From: a phage
Sequence record: PV467748.1
DNA length: 64,000 nt
Reading direction: 5' to 3' (one strand)
Shown here: one piece after another, positions 53,934 through 64,000 of the stretch
How positions within the stretch are numbered: the stretch's first letter is position 1
Layout of the letters: every line of letters starts with the position of its first letter
The notes under the pieces: generated by a model
Databases searched by the model: none
Seen by the model: the letters and a program-made list of their open reading frames with translations, nothing else
What the model was told of the DNA's origin: nothing
Translations under genes and position numbers: made by a program

Positions 53934-54881
53934 TTAATAGAAATCAGCTACTGTAGCAGTTAGTTTAGACAAACCAGATTTAACGAAATAAGGATAAACT
54001 TTAGATTTCGAAGGTTTGTTATACGTATTATATCTTTCAGTAATTAAAGCAACAATATCATCTGGAATAAAGTCCATATCAATTAAGATTTGGTTTTCAC
54101 AGAAACGTTCATATTGTTCCTCAGTAAGAAGTGTTTTAATTATATCATGGTCATAATAATTCAGAGCAATTGCTTCAAGTTCCTTGGCACGAGTGCTAGG
54201 AGTACGTTCGCCTTCAACCATAGTCAACCAATAATCACCACGAACTTTAATACTCGCAACGTTATCCTTGCGGTCGCCTTTAACAACCTTAGTCACGCAA
54301 TCAAGCAGAGCATCGCCAGATTTTGTTTTGACGAATTTTTTCTGCATTGGAGACCATTGTTTTACACCAGGGAATTTATGAAGTTGGGTAAAGTCACCAT
54401 CCGAAGAACCGATCATAACAGGATGACCTAAAGCCGTAAGGATACGAGTCAATACAGCAATATGGTCATCAGCCTCGATTGTATCGATATTCATAACAAT
54501 ATAAGGCATATTATGTTCAAGCTCATCAACAATAATATGCATTGCCGTAAATAAGCCTTCCCAATCAAATGGTGATTCGTCACGAGCCTTAGCACGGTTT
54601 TTCTTATAATAAGAAGAATAACGACGACGCCAATAACCTGATTTAGAGTTATCAACACAAATGATTAGTTGGTTGTAACCTTGTTTTTTAAAGTCTTTAA
54701 TATTTTTCTTAATCGAATTCAGCACGAGGTGTCGAAGCATTGCTGTAGTTACTTTAGGAAATCCAGCGTTTTCACCAAATTCTTGGAAGGCTGCAGCCAT
54801 AATGATTTGGCTGAAATCTAGGAGTAAAAACCCGTCTTTTTGTTGGTCTTCTTCAGGAAGTAAAAAATCTAAATCGTTCAT
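53934..54881 (-). CDS. rnh: RNase H (5'-3' exonuclease, FEN family)
   Basis: Start at MNDLDFLL; acidic metal-binding residues typical of FEN; synteny. Confidence 0.9.
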   Translation of the reverse strand: MNDLDFLLPEEDQQKDGFLLLDFSQIIMAAAFQEFGENAGFPKVTTAMLRHLVLNSIKKNIKDFKKQGYNQLIICVDNSKSGYWRRRYSSYYKKNRAKARDESPFDWEGLFTAMHIIVDELEHNMPYIVMNIDTIEADDHIAVLTRILTALGHPVMIGSSDGDFTQLHKFPGVKQWSPMQKKFVKTKSGDALLDCVTKVVKGDRKDNVASIKVRGDYWLTMVEGERTPSTRAKELEAIALNYYDHDIIKTLLTEEQYERFCENQILIDMDFIPDDIVALITERYNTYNKPSKSKVYPYFVKSGLSKLTATVADFY

Positions 54882-54912
54882 ATGAACCTCTGTCCAATTA
54901 GTGTAGAGGTTC

Positions 54913-54941
54913 ATTATATCATGACCCTAGAAGAAGTAAAC
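54913..54941 (-). promoter_or_regulatory. early promoter GTTTAC-17-TATAAT for rnh
   Basis: Consensus hexamers; overlaps a 10-bp inverted repeat spanning the rnh start. Confidence 0.5.
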
Positions 54942-54948
54942 ACTTTGC

Positions 54949-54956
54949 TATAAATA
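54949..54956 (+). promoter_or_regulatory. late promoter TATAAATA upstream of gene 34
   Basis: Exact TATAAATA about 30 nt before the ATG. Confidence 0.55.
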
Positions 54957-54988
54957 GTTCTATACCCTGAAAACGAAAAGGAAATAAA

Positions 54989-57900
54989 ATGGCCGATATT
55001 TTAAAACCTGCATTCCGTGCTACATCCGGACTCGATGCTGCGGGCGAGAAAGTTATCAATGTTGCCAAAGCCGATTACAATGTATTAGATGATGGCGTCA
55101 ACGTTGAATTCTTTATAGATGAGAACACCATCCAGGCGTACGACGAGACGCGCGGATATAAGAAAGGGTTTGCAGTAATCCATGACCAACGTATCTGGGT
55201 TGCTCAACGTGATATCGATGCTCCAGCAGGAACCTTTGTACCTGGTTATTGGACTGCTACCCGTACTGACCCTAAATGGATTACTGTAGCATCTCCTACA
55301 CGCCAGCTGGCTTCCGGTGAATATATTGCTGTGGATTCCGCTGCTAGCTTTACCACATTTACCCTGCCTCCTAACCCTACTGATGGCGATACCGTTGTAA
55401 TTAAAGATATCGGCGGTCGTGTAGGTTATAATGAAATCAAGGTCCAATCTAGTTCTGCTCCAGGTGGTGGTAATCAGAAAATTGTCCGTTTTGGTAACCA
55501 GTTCACTGAGACCTTAATTACGAAGCCTTTTTCCTATAATATGATTATCTTTGCCAACCGTCTTTGGCATTTCTGGGAATCAGGTAATGAAGAACGTGGT
55601 ATCCGTGTAGAACCTAACACCGCTCAGTTCCAAGCTCAAGCAGGCGATAATGTTCTCCGTCGTTATACTTCAGGTGCAGTAATTAAGTTTACTCTTCCTA
55701 AGTATGCGAACCAAGGTGATATTATTAAAACCGCTGATATCGATGGTTTAGGAAGTAAGTTCCACTTAATTGTTGAAACGTTTGATGCTTCATCTTCATT
55801 AGGTAAGCTTGGTCAGCATAGCATGGAATTCCGTACCTCCGGCGATGGATTCTTTGTTTATAACTCTACCGAAAAATTATGGTACGTTTGGGACGGCGAC
55901 CTTAAAACCCGTTTACGTGTAATTCGCGATGATGTTGAGCTCTTGGCTAACGAAAGTGTTATTGTTTTTGGCCCTAATAATACAACACCACAGACGATTA
56001 ATATCACATTACCTACAGGCGTAGCCCAGGGTGATGTCGTTAAGATTGCTCTGAACTATCTCCGTAAAGCTCAGACGGTAAATATTAAGGCTGCCGTAGG
56101 AGATAAAATAGCTTCTTCGGTTCAATTGCTCCAGTTCCCTAAACGTTCTGAATATCCGCCAGATACTGAATGGGTTCTGAATGACGTATTGACCTTCAAT
56201 GGCAACTTAAGTTATACTCCGGTTATTGAACTTAGCTATATAGAAGACACCGCTACAGGTGGCAAATATTGGGTTGTTGCTCAGAACGTTCCTACTATAG
56301 AACGTGTGGATTCTAAGGACGATTTAACCCGTGCTCGCCTCGGTGTTATTGCTCTGGCGTCACAAACGCAAGCAAACGTCGACCATGAAAATAATCCTGA
56401 AAAAGAACTTGCAATTACTCCACAGACTTTAGCTAATCGTGTAGCGACTGAATCTCGTCGTGGTATTGCTCGTATTGCTACTACTGCTCAGGTGAACCAG
56501 GATACAACCTTCGCATTCCAGGACGATTTAATTATTTCTCCTAAGAAATTAAACGAACGTACTGCAACCGAAACTCGTCGTGGTGTTGCTGAAATTGCTA
56601 CGCAAGTTGAAACTGATGCCGGCATAGATGATACCACAATCATCACTCCTAAGAAGCTACAAGCGCGCCAGGGTTCGGAAAGTCTTTCAGGTATTGTAAC
56701 ATATACCTCTACCGTAGGAACCACTCCTGCGACTGCTAGAGACACTGTAGGTACTAACGTTTATAATAAGAACGTAGGCAATTTGGTTATTTCTCCTAAA
56801 GCACTTGACCAGTATAAAGCTACTCAAGTTCAACAGGGTACAGTATATCTTTCTAACCAATCCGAAGTTAACGCAGGTCAATCTGCAAGTGGATTTGCTA
56901 ACAGTGCTGTTTCTCCTGAAACATTACATGCTCGTGTGGCTCTTGATACTCGTACAGGGTTAATTGAAATTGCTACGCAACAGGAAACTGATACCGGAAC
57001 AGATTATACTCGTGCAGTAACGCCTAAAACGTTAAATGATAGGAAAGCTACGGAAGGATTGACTGGTATTGCTAGAATTGCAACACAGGTAGAATTTGAT
57101 GCAGGTACGTTAGATAATGTTATTTCAACTCCGTTGAAAATTAAAACAAGATTTAATGATACTGCTAGAACTTCTGTCTCAGCAGCCAGTGGTTTGGTTG
57201 AATCAGGAACCTTATGGAACCATTATACACTAGATATTAGAGAAGCAAATGAGACTCAACGTGGTACTGCTCGCCTGGCGACCCAGACCGAAGTCAACGT
57301 TGGTACCGATGATAAAACCATCATCACTCCTTTGAAATTACACTCTAAAAAATCTACTGAAAGCTCTGAAGGTATTATTCGTGTTGCAACGAATACCGAA
57401 ACAACCGCAGGAACTTCTAAAGTTTTGGCTGTAAGCCCTTCTGGTTTAAAATATGTAGTACAGACCGAAACCACTTGGGAAGCTACTGCACTTCGTCGTG
57501 GATTTGTTAAACTAACCGAAGGTGCTTTAACCCATTCAGGAAATAAAGTTACCGGTTCCGGTGTTAAATTTAACTCAGGTACAGGCCTTTATGAGAACGA
57601 TGATACTGTTCTGAACGCAGCGAACTATCCTAAAACGGGTTATGCGGTTTCATCTTACGAGATGAATAAAACCTTACAGAACTTTTTACCTATAAATGCT
57701 ACGGCTGTGAACTCCGAGAAATTAGATGGCCTAGATTCACTCCAGTTCATTCGTAGAGACGTCGACCAAACGGTTAATGGTTCTTTAACCCTGGCCAAAC
57801 AATTGAACCTGGCGGCTCCTCTGGTGTCTTCTAGTACTGCTAATATTACCGGCAACACTATTTTAGGTTCTCTGGAAGTAACCGGGAATTCTACTTTTAA

Positions 57901-59032
57901 AAATGATGTATCTGTTAGCTCAGGTAAATCTATTAAATTTGTAGGACCCCAGTCTGGCGCAGGTTCTTGGGATTCTCAGGCAACTAATTTTGCACCTATT
58001 TTCTCTGAGATAAATTCTACTGTTGATGCTAGTTATCACCCTATTGTTAAGCAACGACTAGGGCAAGGTACTTTCTCTTTAGGTACTTTAAATGACGGCT
58101 CCGGCGATTTTAAAATCCATCATATCAGCGGTGCTTTAAAATCTTCCTACTGGACCTTTAATACGACTGGTGACTTTGCTGTTAATAGTGGTTCCATTAG
58201 TATTTCTAAGAATGCTAATATCACAGGTATAACCACTTCTAACGGTGTTTCTACAACCACACTAAATGCTTCTGCTCTGTCTTCATTACAAAACGTAACT
58301 ACTTCAGGTACTATCGTTTCTACCGGACAGGTATCGGCAAATAATGGTTTGGTTGCTCAAAAATACGTTCGTTCTGTTGGTGTTAAACCTACATTAGCAT
58401 CCCAGGCCCCTACTGCAGAAACAGTTGGCTTCTGGTCTGTTGATATCAATGATTCGGCTACATTTAACCTGTTCCCTGGTTATTGGACGATGAAAACTAA
58501 ACGCCAGGTTAATATCGATACGGTCCAAACTAAACCTGCCGGTGTTTCTGATGAGATATGGAATGCTTCTGGTTGGTTGACAGAAACGGGTGCATTTAGT
58601 TCCCCGGCCATTCGTTATCGTAACGAAGACGGTAGTTTTGGTGACGAGGTTCTCGGTACATCAGGTCAGAAATTACGTGGTACTTGGTTTGATTATTCTG
58701 TTCGTGATAAGGAAGTTAAATATCCTGGTACGTTAACTCAGTTTGGTAATACTCTGGATTCATGTTATCAGGATTGGGTGTGCTATCCTACAGGATTGAA
58801 TGGCGGTACTATTCGTTATACTCGCACCTGGCAGAAGAATAAAAACGCATGGACTACGTTCTCTATGGTCTATACCGCAGATAACCCTCCTTCTGCGGAA
58901 GAGGTTGGTGCATTACCTGCTGATAACGCTACAATGGGTAACATTACAATCCTTGATTGGTTACGTATTGGTAACGTTCGTATTATTCCTGACCCGGTCA
59001 CTAAATCCGTTAAGTTTGAGTGGATTGAATAA
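54989..59032 (+). CDS. 34: long tail fiber proximal subunit
   Basis: 1347 aa; extensive similarity to T4 gp34, including the C-terminal NATMGNxTIxDxLRIGNVRI block. Confidence 0.95.
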   Translation: MADILKPAFRATSGLDAAGEKVINVAKADYNVLDDGVNVEFFIDENTIQAYDETRGYKKGFAVIHDQRIWVAQRDIDAPAGTFVPGYWTATRTDPKWITVASPTRQLASGEYIAVDSAASFTTFTLPPNPTDGDTVVIKDIGGRVGYNEIKVQSSSAPGGGNQKIVRFGNQFTETLITKPFSYNMIIFANRLWHFWESGNEERGIRVEPNTAQFQAQAGDNVLRRYTSGAVIKFTLPKYANQGDIIKTADIDGLGSKFHLIVETFDASSSLGKLGQHSMEFRTSGDGFFVYNSTEKLWYVWDGDLKTRLRVIRDDVELLANESVIVFGPNNTTPQTINITLPTGVAQGDVVKIALNYLRKAQTVNIKAAVGDKIASSVQLLQFPKRSEYPPDTEWVLNDVLTFNGNLSYTPVIELSYIEDTATGGKYWVVAQNVPTIERVDSKDDLTRARLGVIALASQTQANVDHENNPEKELAITPQTLANRVATESRRGIARIATTAQVNQDTTFAFQDDLIISPKKLNERTATETRRGVAEIATQVETDAGIDDTTIITPKKLQARQGSESLSGIVTYTSTVGTTPATARDTVGTNVYNKNVGNLVISPKALDQYKATQVQQGTVYLSNQSEVNAGQSASGFANSAVSPETLHARVALDTRTGLIEIATQQETDTGTDYTRAVTPKTLNDRKATEGLTGIARIATQVEFDAGTLDNVISTPLKIKTRFNDTARTSVSAASGLVESGTLWNHYTLDIREANETQRGTARLATQTEVNVGTDDKTIITPLKLHSKKSTESSEGIIRVATNTETTAGTSKVLAVSPSGLKYVVQTETTWEATALRRGFVKLTEGALTHSGNKVTGSGVKFNSGTGLYENDDTVLNAANYPKTGYAVSSYEMNKTLQNFLPINATAVNSEKLDGLDSLQFIRRDVDQTVNGSLTLAKQLNLAAPLVSSSTANITGNTILGSLEVTGNSTFKNDVSVSSGKSIKFVGPQSGAGSWDSQATNFAPIFSEINSTVDASYHPIVKQRLGQGTFSLGTLNDGSGDFKIHHISGALKSSYWTFNTTGDFAVNSGSISISKNANITGITTSNGVSTTTLNASALSSLQNVTTSGTIVSTGQVSANNGLVAQKYVRSVGVKPTLASQAPTAETVGFWSVDINDSATFNLFPGYWTMKTKRQVNIDTVQTKPAGVSDEIWNASGWLTETGAFSSPAIRYRNEDGSFGDEVLGTSGQKLRGTWFDYSVRDKEVKYPGTLTQFGNTLDSCYQDWVCYPTGLNGGTIRYTRTWQKNKNAWTTFSMVYTADNPPSAEEVGALPADNATMGNITILDWLRIGNVRIIPDPVTKSVKFEWIE

Positions 59033-59040
59033 GAGGTATT

Positions 59041-60162
59041 ATGGAAAGATTTATGGCAGAATTTGGACAAGGATATGTCCAGGTTCCTACATTATCTGAA
59101 AACAATGCTGTAAGGTATAAACTTAGTATAGCTGGTAGTTGTACTAAGTCTACCACAAAAGCATATGTTAAATTTCAAGATGGGAACTTCGGTTCCCAGA
59201 ATTTTCAAAATGGATTAAACCTTATAGAAATCGATGTTAGTGCCGAACCTAAAATCGTTGCTAACAAAACTTATAGTTTTACAAAAGATTTTGATGTTAT
59301 TTCTGAAGCTTTTATAACGTATATAAACTCTATACCAGCCAATAGAATAGTTTGTTTAGTATCTTCCGGTAGATTAAATGCTTCACAAAAACTTATCGAT
59401 TGGTTCCGTGCAGCAGGAAGTACTGCATTTCCATCTAAATGGCTAATAGACCGCTTCGAGCCGTCTTATTCAGCGTTTTATGTTTCAGGAAGGAATGCTA
59501 TAGTAATGGAACATGTGCTTTATAATGATGGGGTATTGGTCGAAGATGTTTCTACCCCATTAGAAGTCGTTTTTGACGACATCAGTGATGTCGGTGGTAC
59601 AGGATATCCTGTCAGAATTGTTGAAGACGAAAGCACTTATCTAAGCAATGATGGAGATGAAATTAAGCGATTTCCTACCGAATCTCCTACTACCCCATTA
59701 ACAGATTATAATATGAAACCAGGTGAATTCTTTTACCTTAAGTTTCAATTAATGTGCGACCAGGCTTTAAAAGACGTCGGGACTTCTCAGATGTCTGTTA
59801 GATTTTTTAATGCCTCAGGTGCTTTAACTGGGACAGTTAATATGGACGTTCCTTCCAACGTTCCTGCCGGTGCATGGATGACATTTGAACGGGTAGTAAT
59901 GGTTCCTGAAGGTACTACAGACTTTACCCTTTATGCCAGAAAAACAGCTTCGGCTGGCCAAGGTGGAGTTCGAAATGTTATGTTCGGTGAGATATCTGAA
60001 TCAGAACCTCAGCCAAAACCTGCCGAATTTGGTGTTAACGGTATTCGTATGAACTTTGGTACAGAAACTAAAAATATGGGTACTACCATAGCCCAGCTAT
60101 ATGATAAAACAGGCACTAAACCTGGACAGGTTTGGGTCGCCGAATTTAGAGAAAAATATTAA
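59041..60162 (+). CDS. 35: long tail fiber hinge connector
   Basis: 373 aa; synteny 34-35-36-37. Confidence 0.9.
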   Translation: MERFMAEFGQGYVQVPTLSENNAVRYKLSIAGSCTKSTTKAYVKFQDGNFGSQNFQNGLNLIEIDVSAEPKIVANKTYSFTKDFDVISEAFITYINSIPANRIVCLVSSGRLNASQKLIDWFRAAGSTAFPSKWLIDRFEPSYSAFYVSGRNAIVMEHVLYNDGVLVEDVSTPLEVVFDDISDVGGTGYPVRIVEDESTYLSNDGDEIKRFPTESPTTPLTDYNMKPGEFFYLKFQLMCDQALKDVGTSQMSVRFFNASGALTGTVNMDVPSNVPAGAWMTFERVVMVPEGTTDFTLYARKTASAGQGGVRNVMFGEISESEPQPKPAEFGVNGIRMNFGTETKNMGTTIAQLYDKTGTKPGQVWVAEFREKY

Positions 60163-60189
60163 GGAACCTTCGGGTTCCTTTTTCGTTTT
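60161..60189 (+). terminator. intrinsic terminator after gene 35
   Basis: AAGGAACC-TTCG-GGTTCCTT followed by TTTCGTTTTC. Confidence 0.65.
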
Positions 60190-60237
60190 CTACAGCCATA
60201 AATATATAAAAGGCTATAACTCCCAAAGGAAACTCAA

Positions 60238-60885
60238 ATGGCAGATTTAAAATTAGGTTCTACAGCAGGAGGTTCGGTATTATGGCACCAAGGTAATTTC
60301 CCCTTAACGCCTGTATCAAATGACCTTCTTTACAAAACATATAAGGTTTATACCGAGTATAATAAACCACAAGCAGCTGATAATGATTTCGTTTCAAAAG
60401 CTAACGGTGGTAATTATAAGAATACCGTGTATTTTGAAAAAGGTTTGACCTTTAATGATACTAATGGATATGGTATTAAATTAGGAGCAAGAACTGGCGG
60501 AGCACCGTTCACAGCTTCTTTCCGTATTAAAGGCGCTTTTGGATATGAAACGGAAGATGGTACACCGTTCGTTATATTTGACCCGAATACGGCAGTTGGT
60601 GCTAAACGCCTCACAGTAATGGGTGATTCATTATTCCGCCAAGTATATGATGAATCAGGTCGTGTATTCAGCCCCGGCAACACCCCTACTAAAGCTCAAG
60701 TTGGATTGTCATTAGTAGATAACGCAAAACAGGTCCAAATAAATAATACTAATATGCAAACAATGACTGGGGTACTTGCGGCTCCTAACTTCATTTCATT
60801 AAATCCGGCCTCTGACGCAGGACATGTTCCGCGTTTCGACCAGATTGTTATTAAAGATTCTATCCAAGATTTTGGTTATTATTAA
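60238..60885 (+). CDS. 36: long tail fiber distal connector
   Basis: 215 aa; synteny. Confidence 0.9.
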   Translation: MADLKLGSTAGGSVLWHQGNFPLTPVSNDLLYKTYKVYTEYNKPQAADNDFVSKANGGNYKNTVYFEKGLTFNDTNGYGIKLGARTGGAPFTASFRIKGAFGYETEDGTPFVIFDPNTAVGAKRLTVMGDSLFRQVYDESGRVFSPGNTPTKAQVGLSLVDNAKQVQINNTNMQTMTGVLAAPNFISLNPASDAGHVPRFDQIVIKDSIQDFGYY

Positions 60886-60893
60886 GAGGCATT

Positions 60894-63800
60894 ATGGCTA
60901 CTTTAAAACAGATACAATTTAAAAGAAGTAAAGTAGCTGGTGTACGTCCTACGCCAGCGCAGTTGGCTGAAGGCGAGCTGGCTATTAACTTAAAAGACCG
61001 TTTGTTATTTACCAAAGATGACACTGGAGCGATTATCGACCTTGGCTTTGCTAAAGGTGGTAATATTGACGGTAACGTTATTCATAATGGTAATTACAAT
61101 CAAACCGGTGATTATACCCTGAATGGTACTTTTACCCAAACTGGTGATTTTAATTTAACAGGTATTGCTCGTGTAACTCGCGATATTATTGCCGCAGGTC
61201 AGATAATGACTGAAGGTGGAGAACTTATTTCTAAGAGTACCTCAACTTCTCACCTTCGTTTCTTTGATGGCAATGACCGTGAACGTGGCATTATCTTTTC
61301 TCCTAATAATGCAGGGGCAACCAACCAAGTAGTTAATATTCGTGTACAAGATTATTCTACCGCAAGCGAAAGCACTTATGCATTTTCAGGCGCCGGTGTA
61401 TTTTCTTCTCCTGTAGTTTTTGGATGGAAATCTGTATCAACTCCCGTAATTTATACTAATAAAGTTATTACAAATGGTAAAGTTGCCGGCGATTATGATA
61501 TCTATTCATTGGCCGATAATACCCCATTGGCAGAAAGTGAAACAGCTATTAACCATCTCCGTGTTATGCGAAATGCTGTAGGCGCGGGTATATTTCACGA
61601 AGTTAAAGATAATGACGGAATAACCTGGTATGCTGGAGATGGATTGGACGCTTATCTTTGGTCATTTACATGGTCAGGTGGATTGAAAGCCGGTCATTCT
61701 ATTTCCGTAGGCACCCCAGGTAACTCTAAAGGATATTCTGAATTAGGAAATGCTTCAATTGCTCTTGGCGATAATGACACCGGGCTAAAATGGCATCAGG
61801 ATGGATATTTCCATACAGTAAACAACGGCACGAGAACTTTCCTGTACAGCCCAGCAGAAACCACCAGTCTTAGAAAAATGGTTATGGGGTATTCTACTAA
61901 CGGAACCGATTTAACTACTCCTCCTACTGAAAACTATGCTCTTGCTACTGTTGTTACTTACCATGATAATAACGCGTACGGTGACGGTCAAACTCTTTTA
62001 GGGTATTATCAAGGCGGTAATTATCACCACTATTTCCGTGGTAAGGGCACTACAAACGTTAACACCGCTGGCGGTTTGTTAGTTACTCCTGGTAATATTG
62101 ATGTTGTAGGTGGTTCGGTTAATATTGATGGTCGCAACAACGCTTCGACTCTTTTGTTCAGAGGAAATACAACAGGAAGTAGTTCAGTTGATAATATGAC
62201 TATCAGCGTTTGGGGTAACACCTTTACTAATGTCGCCGGTGACCGCAAAAACGTAATGGAAATATCTGATGCCGTTGGTTGGATGCATTATATTCAGCGT
62301 AAGACTGATAATACAGTCGAAGCCCATTTAAATGGCGGCATGAATGTAAACGAAAGCATCAACGTCGGCAGAGAAGTTAACGCCTCCGGCACTATTGCTG
62401 GTAATGCTGTCAATGCCCTTAGAATTTGGAACGACGACTACGGTGCCATTTTCCGCCGTTCAGAAAACAGTCTTCATATTATTCCTACTGCTTTTGGTGA
62501 AGGTAAAACCGGTGATATTGGCCCACTTCGTCCATTTAGTTTGGCTTTAGATACAGGTAAGGTCGTTATTCCTGACCTAGATTTGAGTTATGCTTCTTTT
62601 GCAGCAAACGGCTATATTAAATTCGGTGGCCATGGTGCAGGCGCTGGTGGTTATGATATTCAATATGCACAAGCAGCTCCTGTTTTCCAAGAAATTGACG
62701 ATGACGCGGTAAGTAAATATTATCCTATTGTCAAGCAGAAATTCTTACAAGGAAAAGCTGTTTGGTCTTTAGGTACTGAAATTAATTCCGGTACTTTTGT
62801 TTTGCATCATTACAAAGAAGACGGGACCCAAGGTCATACATCAAGATTTAATGCCGATGGTACAGTTAACTTCCCGGATAACGTACAGGTTGGTGGCGGT
62901 GAAGCTACTATTGGCAAAAATGGTAACATCTGGTCTGATATCTGGAAAACGTTTACTTCTGCCGGTGATGTAACCAATCTTCTTGGTGCTGTCTATAGCC
63001 GTGTTTCTAAAGAAGGCGACACGATGACCGGCCGCTTAACTCTTAAAACCAACTCAGATGCTGTGGTTATTGATTATCCAGCAGATGAAGCGGGTTATGT
63101 TAAGGGTAAAAAAGGTGGTGCTGATAACTGGTATGTCGGTAACGGTGGTGCTGATAATGGTTTAGCCTTCTGGAGCTTCCAATCCCAAGGTGGTATTAAT
63201 ATTAACCCTAATGGCGAGGTTATTTTAGCCCCACAAGGTGTTGCAATGTTCAATATAAACCGCGACCGTATTCATATGAACGGTGCTAACTGGATTGCAC
63301 ATAAATCTGGTGCATGGGGTGACCAATGGGGTTTAGAAGCACCTTATTTCCTTGAGTTTGGTAGTGTGGGTGAAGACACTTATTATCCCATTATTAAAGG
63401 CCGATCTTTAATTAGTGGTCAGGGTTATACTACTTCTGTTGATTTAGGCATGCGTCGTACTCCACAAACATGGGGACAAGCGATAATTCGAGTAGGTAAT
63501 GCCGAGGGTGGCGACGGTCCTGTAGGTATTTTCGAATTCCACTCTAGCGGTTTATTTTACGCCCCGACTTTAGTCCAGACTCCTGCCATTGGTGTTGGTA
63601 CTGTTAACGGATTAGGCTCTCCTAGTATTGCTATCGGTGATAATGACACAGGATTATCACATGGTGGCGATGGACGAATTAATATGGTTGCCAATGGTAT
63701 GCATATTGCATCTTGGGCTAGCTCTTACCATATCCATGAAGGTCTTTGGGATACCACTGGGGCCTTGTGGACTGAAACAGGAAGAGCTATTATTTCTTTT

Positions 63801-64000
63801 GGTCATTTAGTCCAACAAAACGATAGCTATTCAACATTTGTTCGTGACGTTTATGTTCGTTCTGATATTCGTGTTAAAAAAGACCTTGTTAAATTTGAAA
63901 ATGCTTCACAGACACTTTCAAAAATTAACGGTTACACTTATATGCAGAAACGTGGCCTAGATGAAGAAGGTAATCAGAAATGGGAACCTAACGCCGGTTT
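60894..64000 (+). CDS. 37: long tail fiber distal subunit, 3'-truncated by the window end
   Basis: Open frame from ATG 60894 to the window end (absent from the ORF track because there is no stop); N-terminus MATLKQIQFKRSKVAGVRPT typical of gp37. Confidence 0.9.
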   Translation, partial: MATLKQIQFKRSKVAGVRPTPAQLAEGELAINLKDRLLFTKDDTGAIIDLGFAKGGNIDGNVIHNGNYNQTGDYTLNGTFTQTGDFNLTGIARVTRDIIAAGQIMTEGGELISKSTSTSHLRFFDGNDRERGIIFSPNNAGATNQVVNIRVQDYSTASESTYAFSGAGVFSSPVVFGWKSVSTPVIYTNKVITNGKVAGDYDIYSLADNTPLAESETAINHLRVMRNAVGAGIFHEVKDNDGITWYAGDGLDAYLWSFTWSGGLKAGHSISVGTPGNSKGYSELGNASIALGDNDTGLKWHQDGYFHTVNNGTRTFLYSPAETTSLRKMVMGYSTNGTDLTTPPTENYALATVVTYHDNNAYGDGQTLLGYYQGGNYHHYFRGKGTTNVNTAGGLLVTPGNIDVVGGSVNIDGRNNASTLLFRGNTTGSSSVDNMTISVWGNTFTNVAGDRKNVMEISDAVGWMHYIQRKTDNTVEAHLNGGMNVNESINVGREVNASGTIAGNAVNALRIWNDDYGAIFRRSENSLHIIPTAFGEGKTGDIGPLRPFSLALDTGKVVIPDLDLSYASFAANGYIKFGGHGAGAGGYDIQYAQAAPVFQEIDDDAVSKYYPIVKQKFLQGKAVWSLGTEINSGTFVLHHYKEDGTQGHTSRFNADGTVNFPDNVQVGGGEATIGKNGNIWSDIWKTFTSAGDVTNLLGAVYSRVSKEGDTMTGRLTLKTNSDAVVIDYPADEAGYVKGKKGGADNWYVGNGGADNGLAFWSFQSQGGININPNGEVILAPQGVAMFNINRDRIHMNGANWIAHKSGAWGDQWGLEAPYFLEFGSVGEDTYYPIIKGRSLISGQGYTTSVDLGMRRTPQTWGQAIIRVGNAEGGDGPVGIFEFHSSGLFYAPTLVQTPAIGVGTVNGLGSPSIAIGDNDTGLSHGGDGRINMVANGMHIASWASSYHIHEGLWDTTGALWTETGRAIISFGHLVQQNDSYSTFVRDVYVRSDIRVKKDLVKFENASQTLSKINGYTYMQKRGLDEEGNQKWEPNAG

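Overview
This window is a contiguous stretch of a T4-like (T-even, Tequatrovirus-type) myovirus genome, running from the 3' end of gene 16 to a truncated gene 37. All calls rest on reading the six-frame translations against remembered T4 protein sequences, motifs and gene order; no database search was run. Late structural and packaging genes lie on the + strand behind TATAAATA late promoters: 17, 18, 19, 20, 67, 68, 21, 22, 23, 24, uvsW, 51, 27, 28, 29, 48, 54, 34, 35, 36, 37. Early and middle genes lie on the - strand, many behind GTTTAC-17-TAnnnT promoters: rnlB, hoc, inh, uvsY, 25, 26, alt, 30, rIII, 31, cd, pseT, spanins, alc, rnlA, denA, nrdB, nrdA, td, frd, 32, 59, 33, dsbA, rnh. The main departures from the T4 layout are: (1) three tandem Alt-like ADP-ribosyltransferase paralogs where T4 has one; (2) a NADAR-like ADP-ribose-processing gene and a HAD-like hydrolase beside DNA ligase; (3) a second, divergent gp24 copy; (4) an early-promoter gene of unknown function in the 23/24 intergenic slot; (5) a family of near-identical terminator/early-promoter/leader cassettes; (6) two short hydrophobic ORFs translationally coupled to Rz1 and td; (7) a gp37 carrying an auto-cleaving C-terminal chaperone-type motif. 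No tRNA, CRISPR array, group I intron or homing endonuclease was found.
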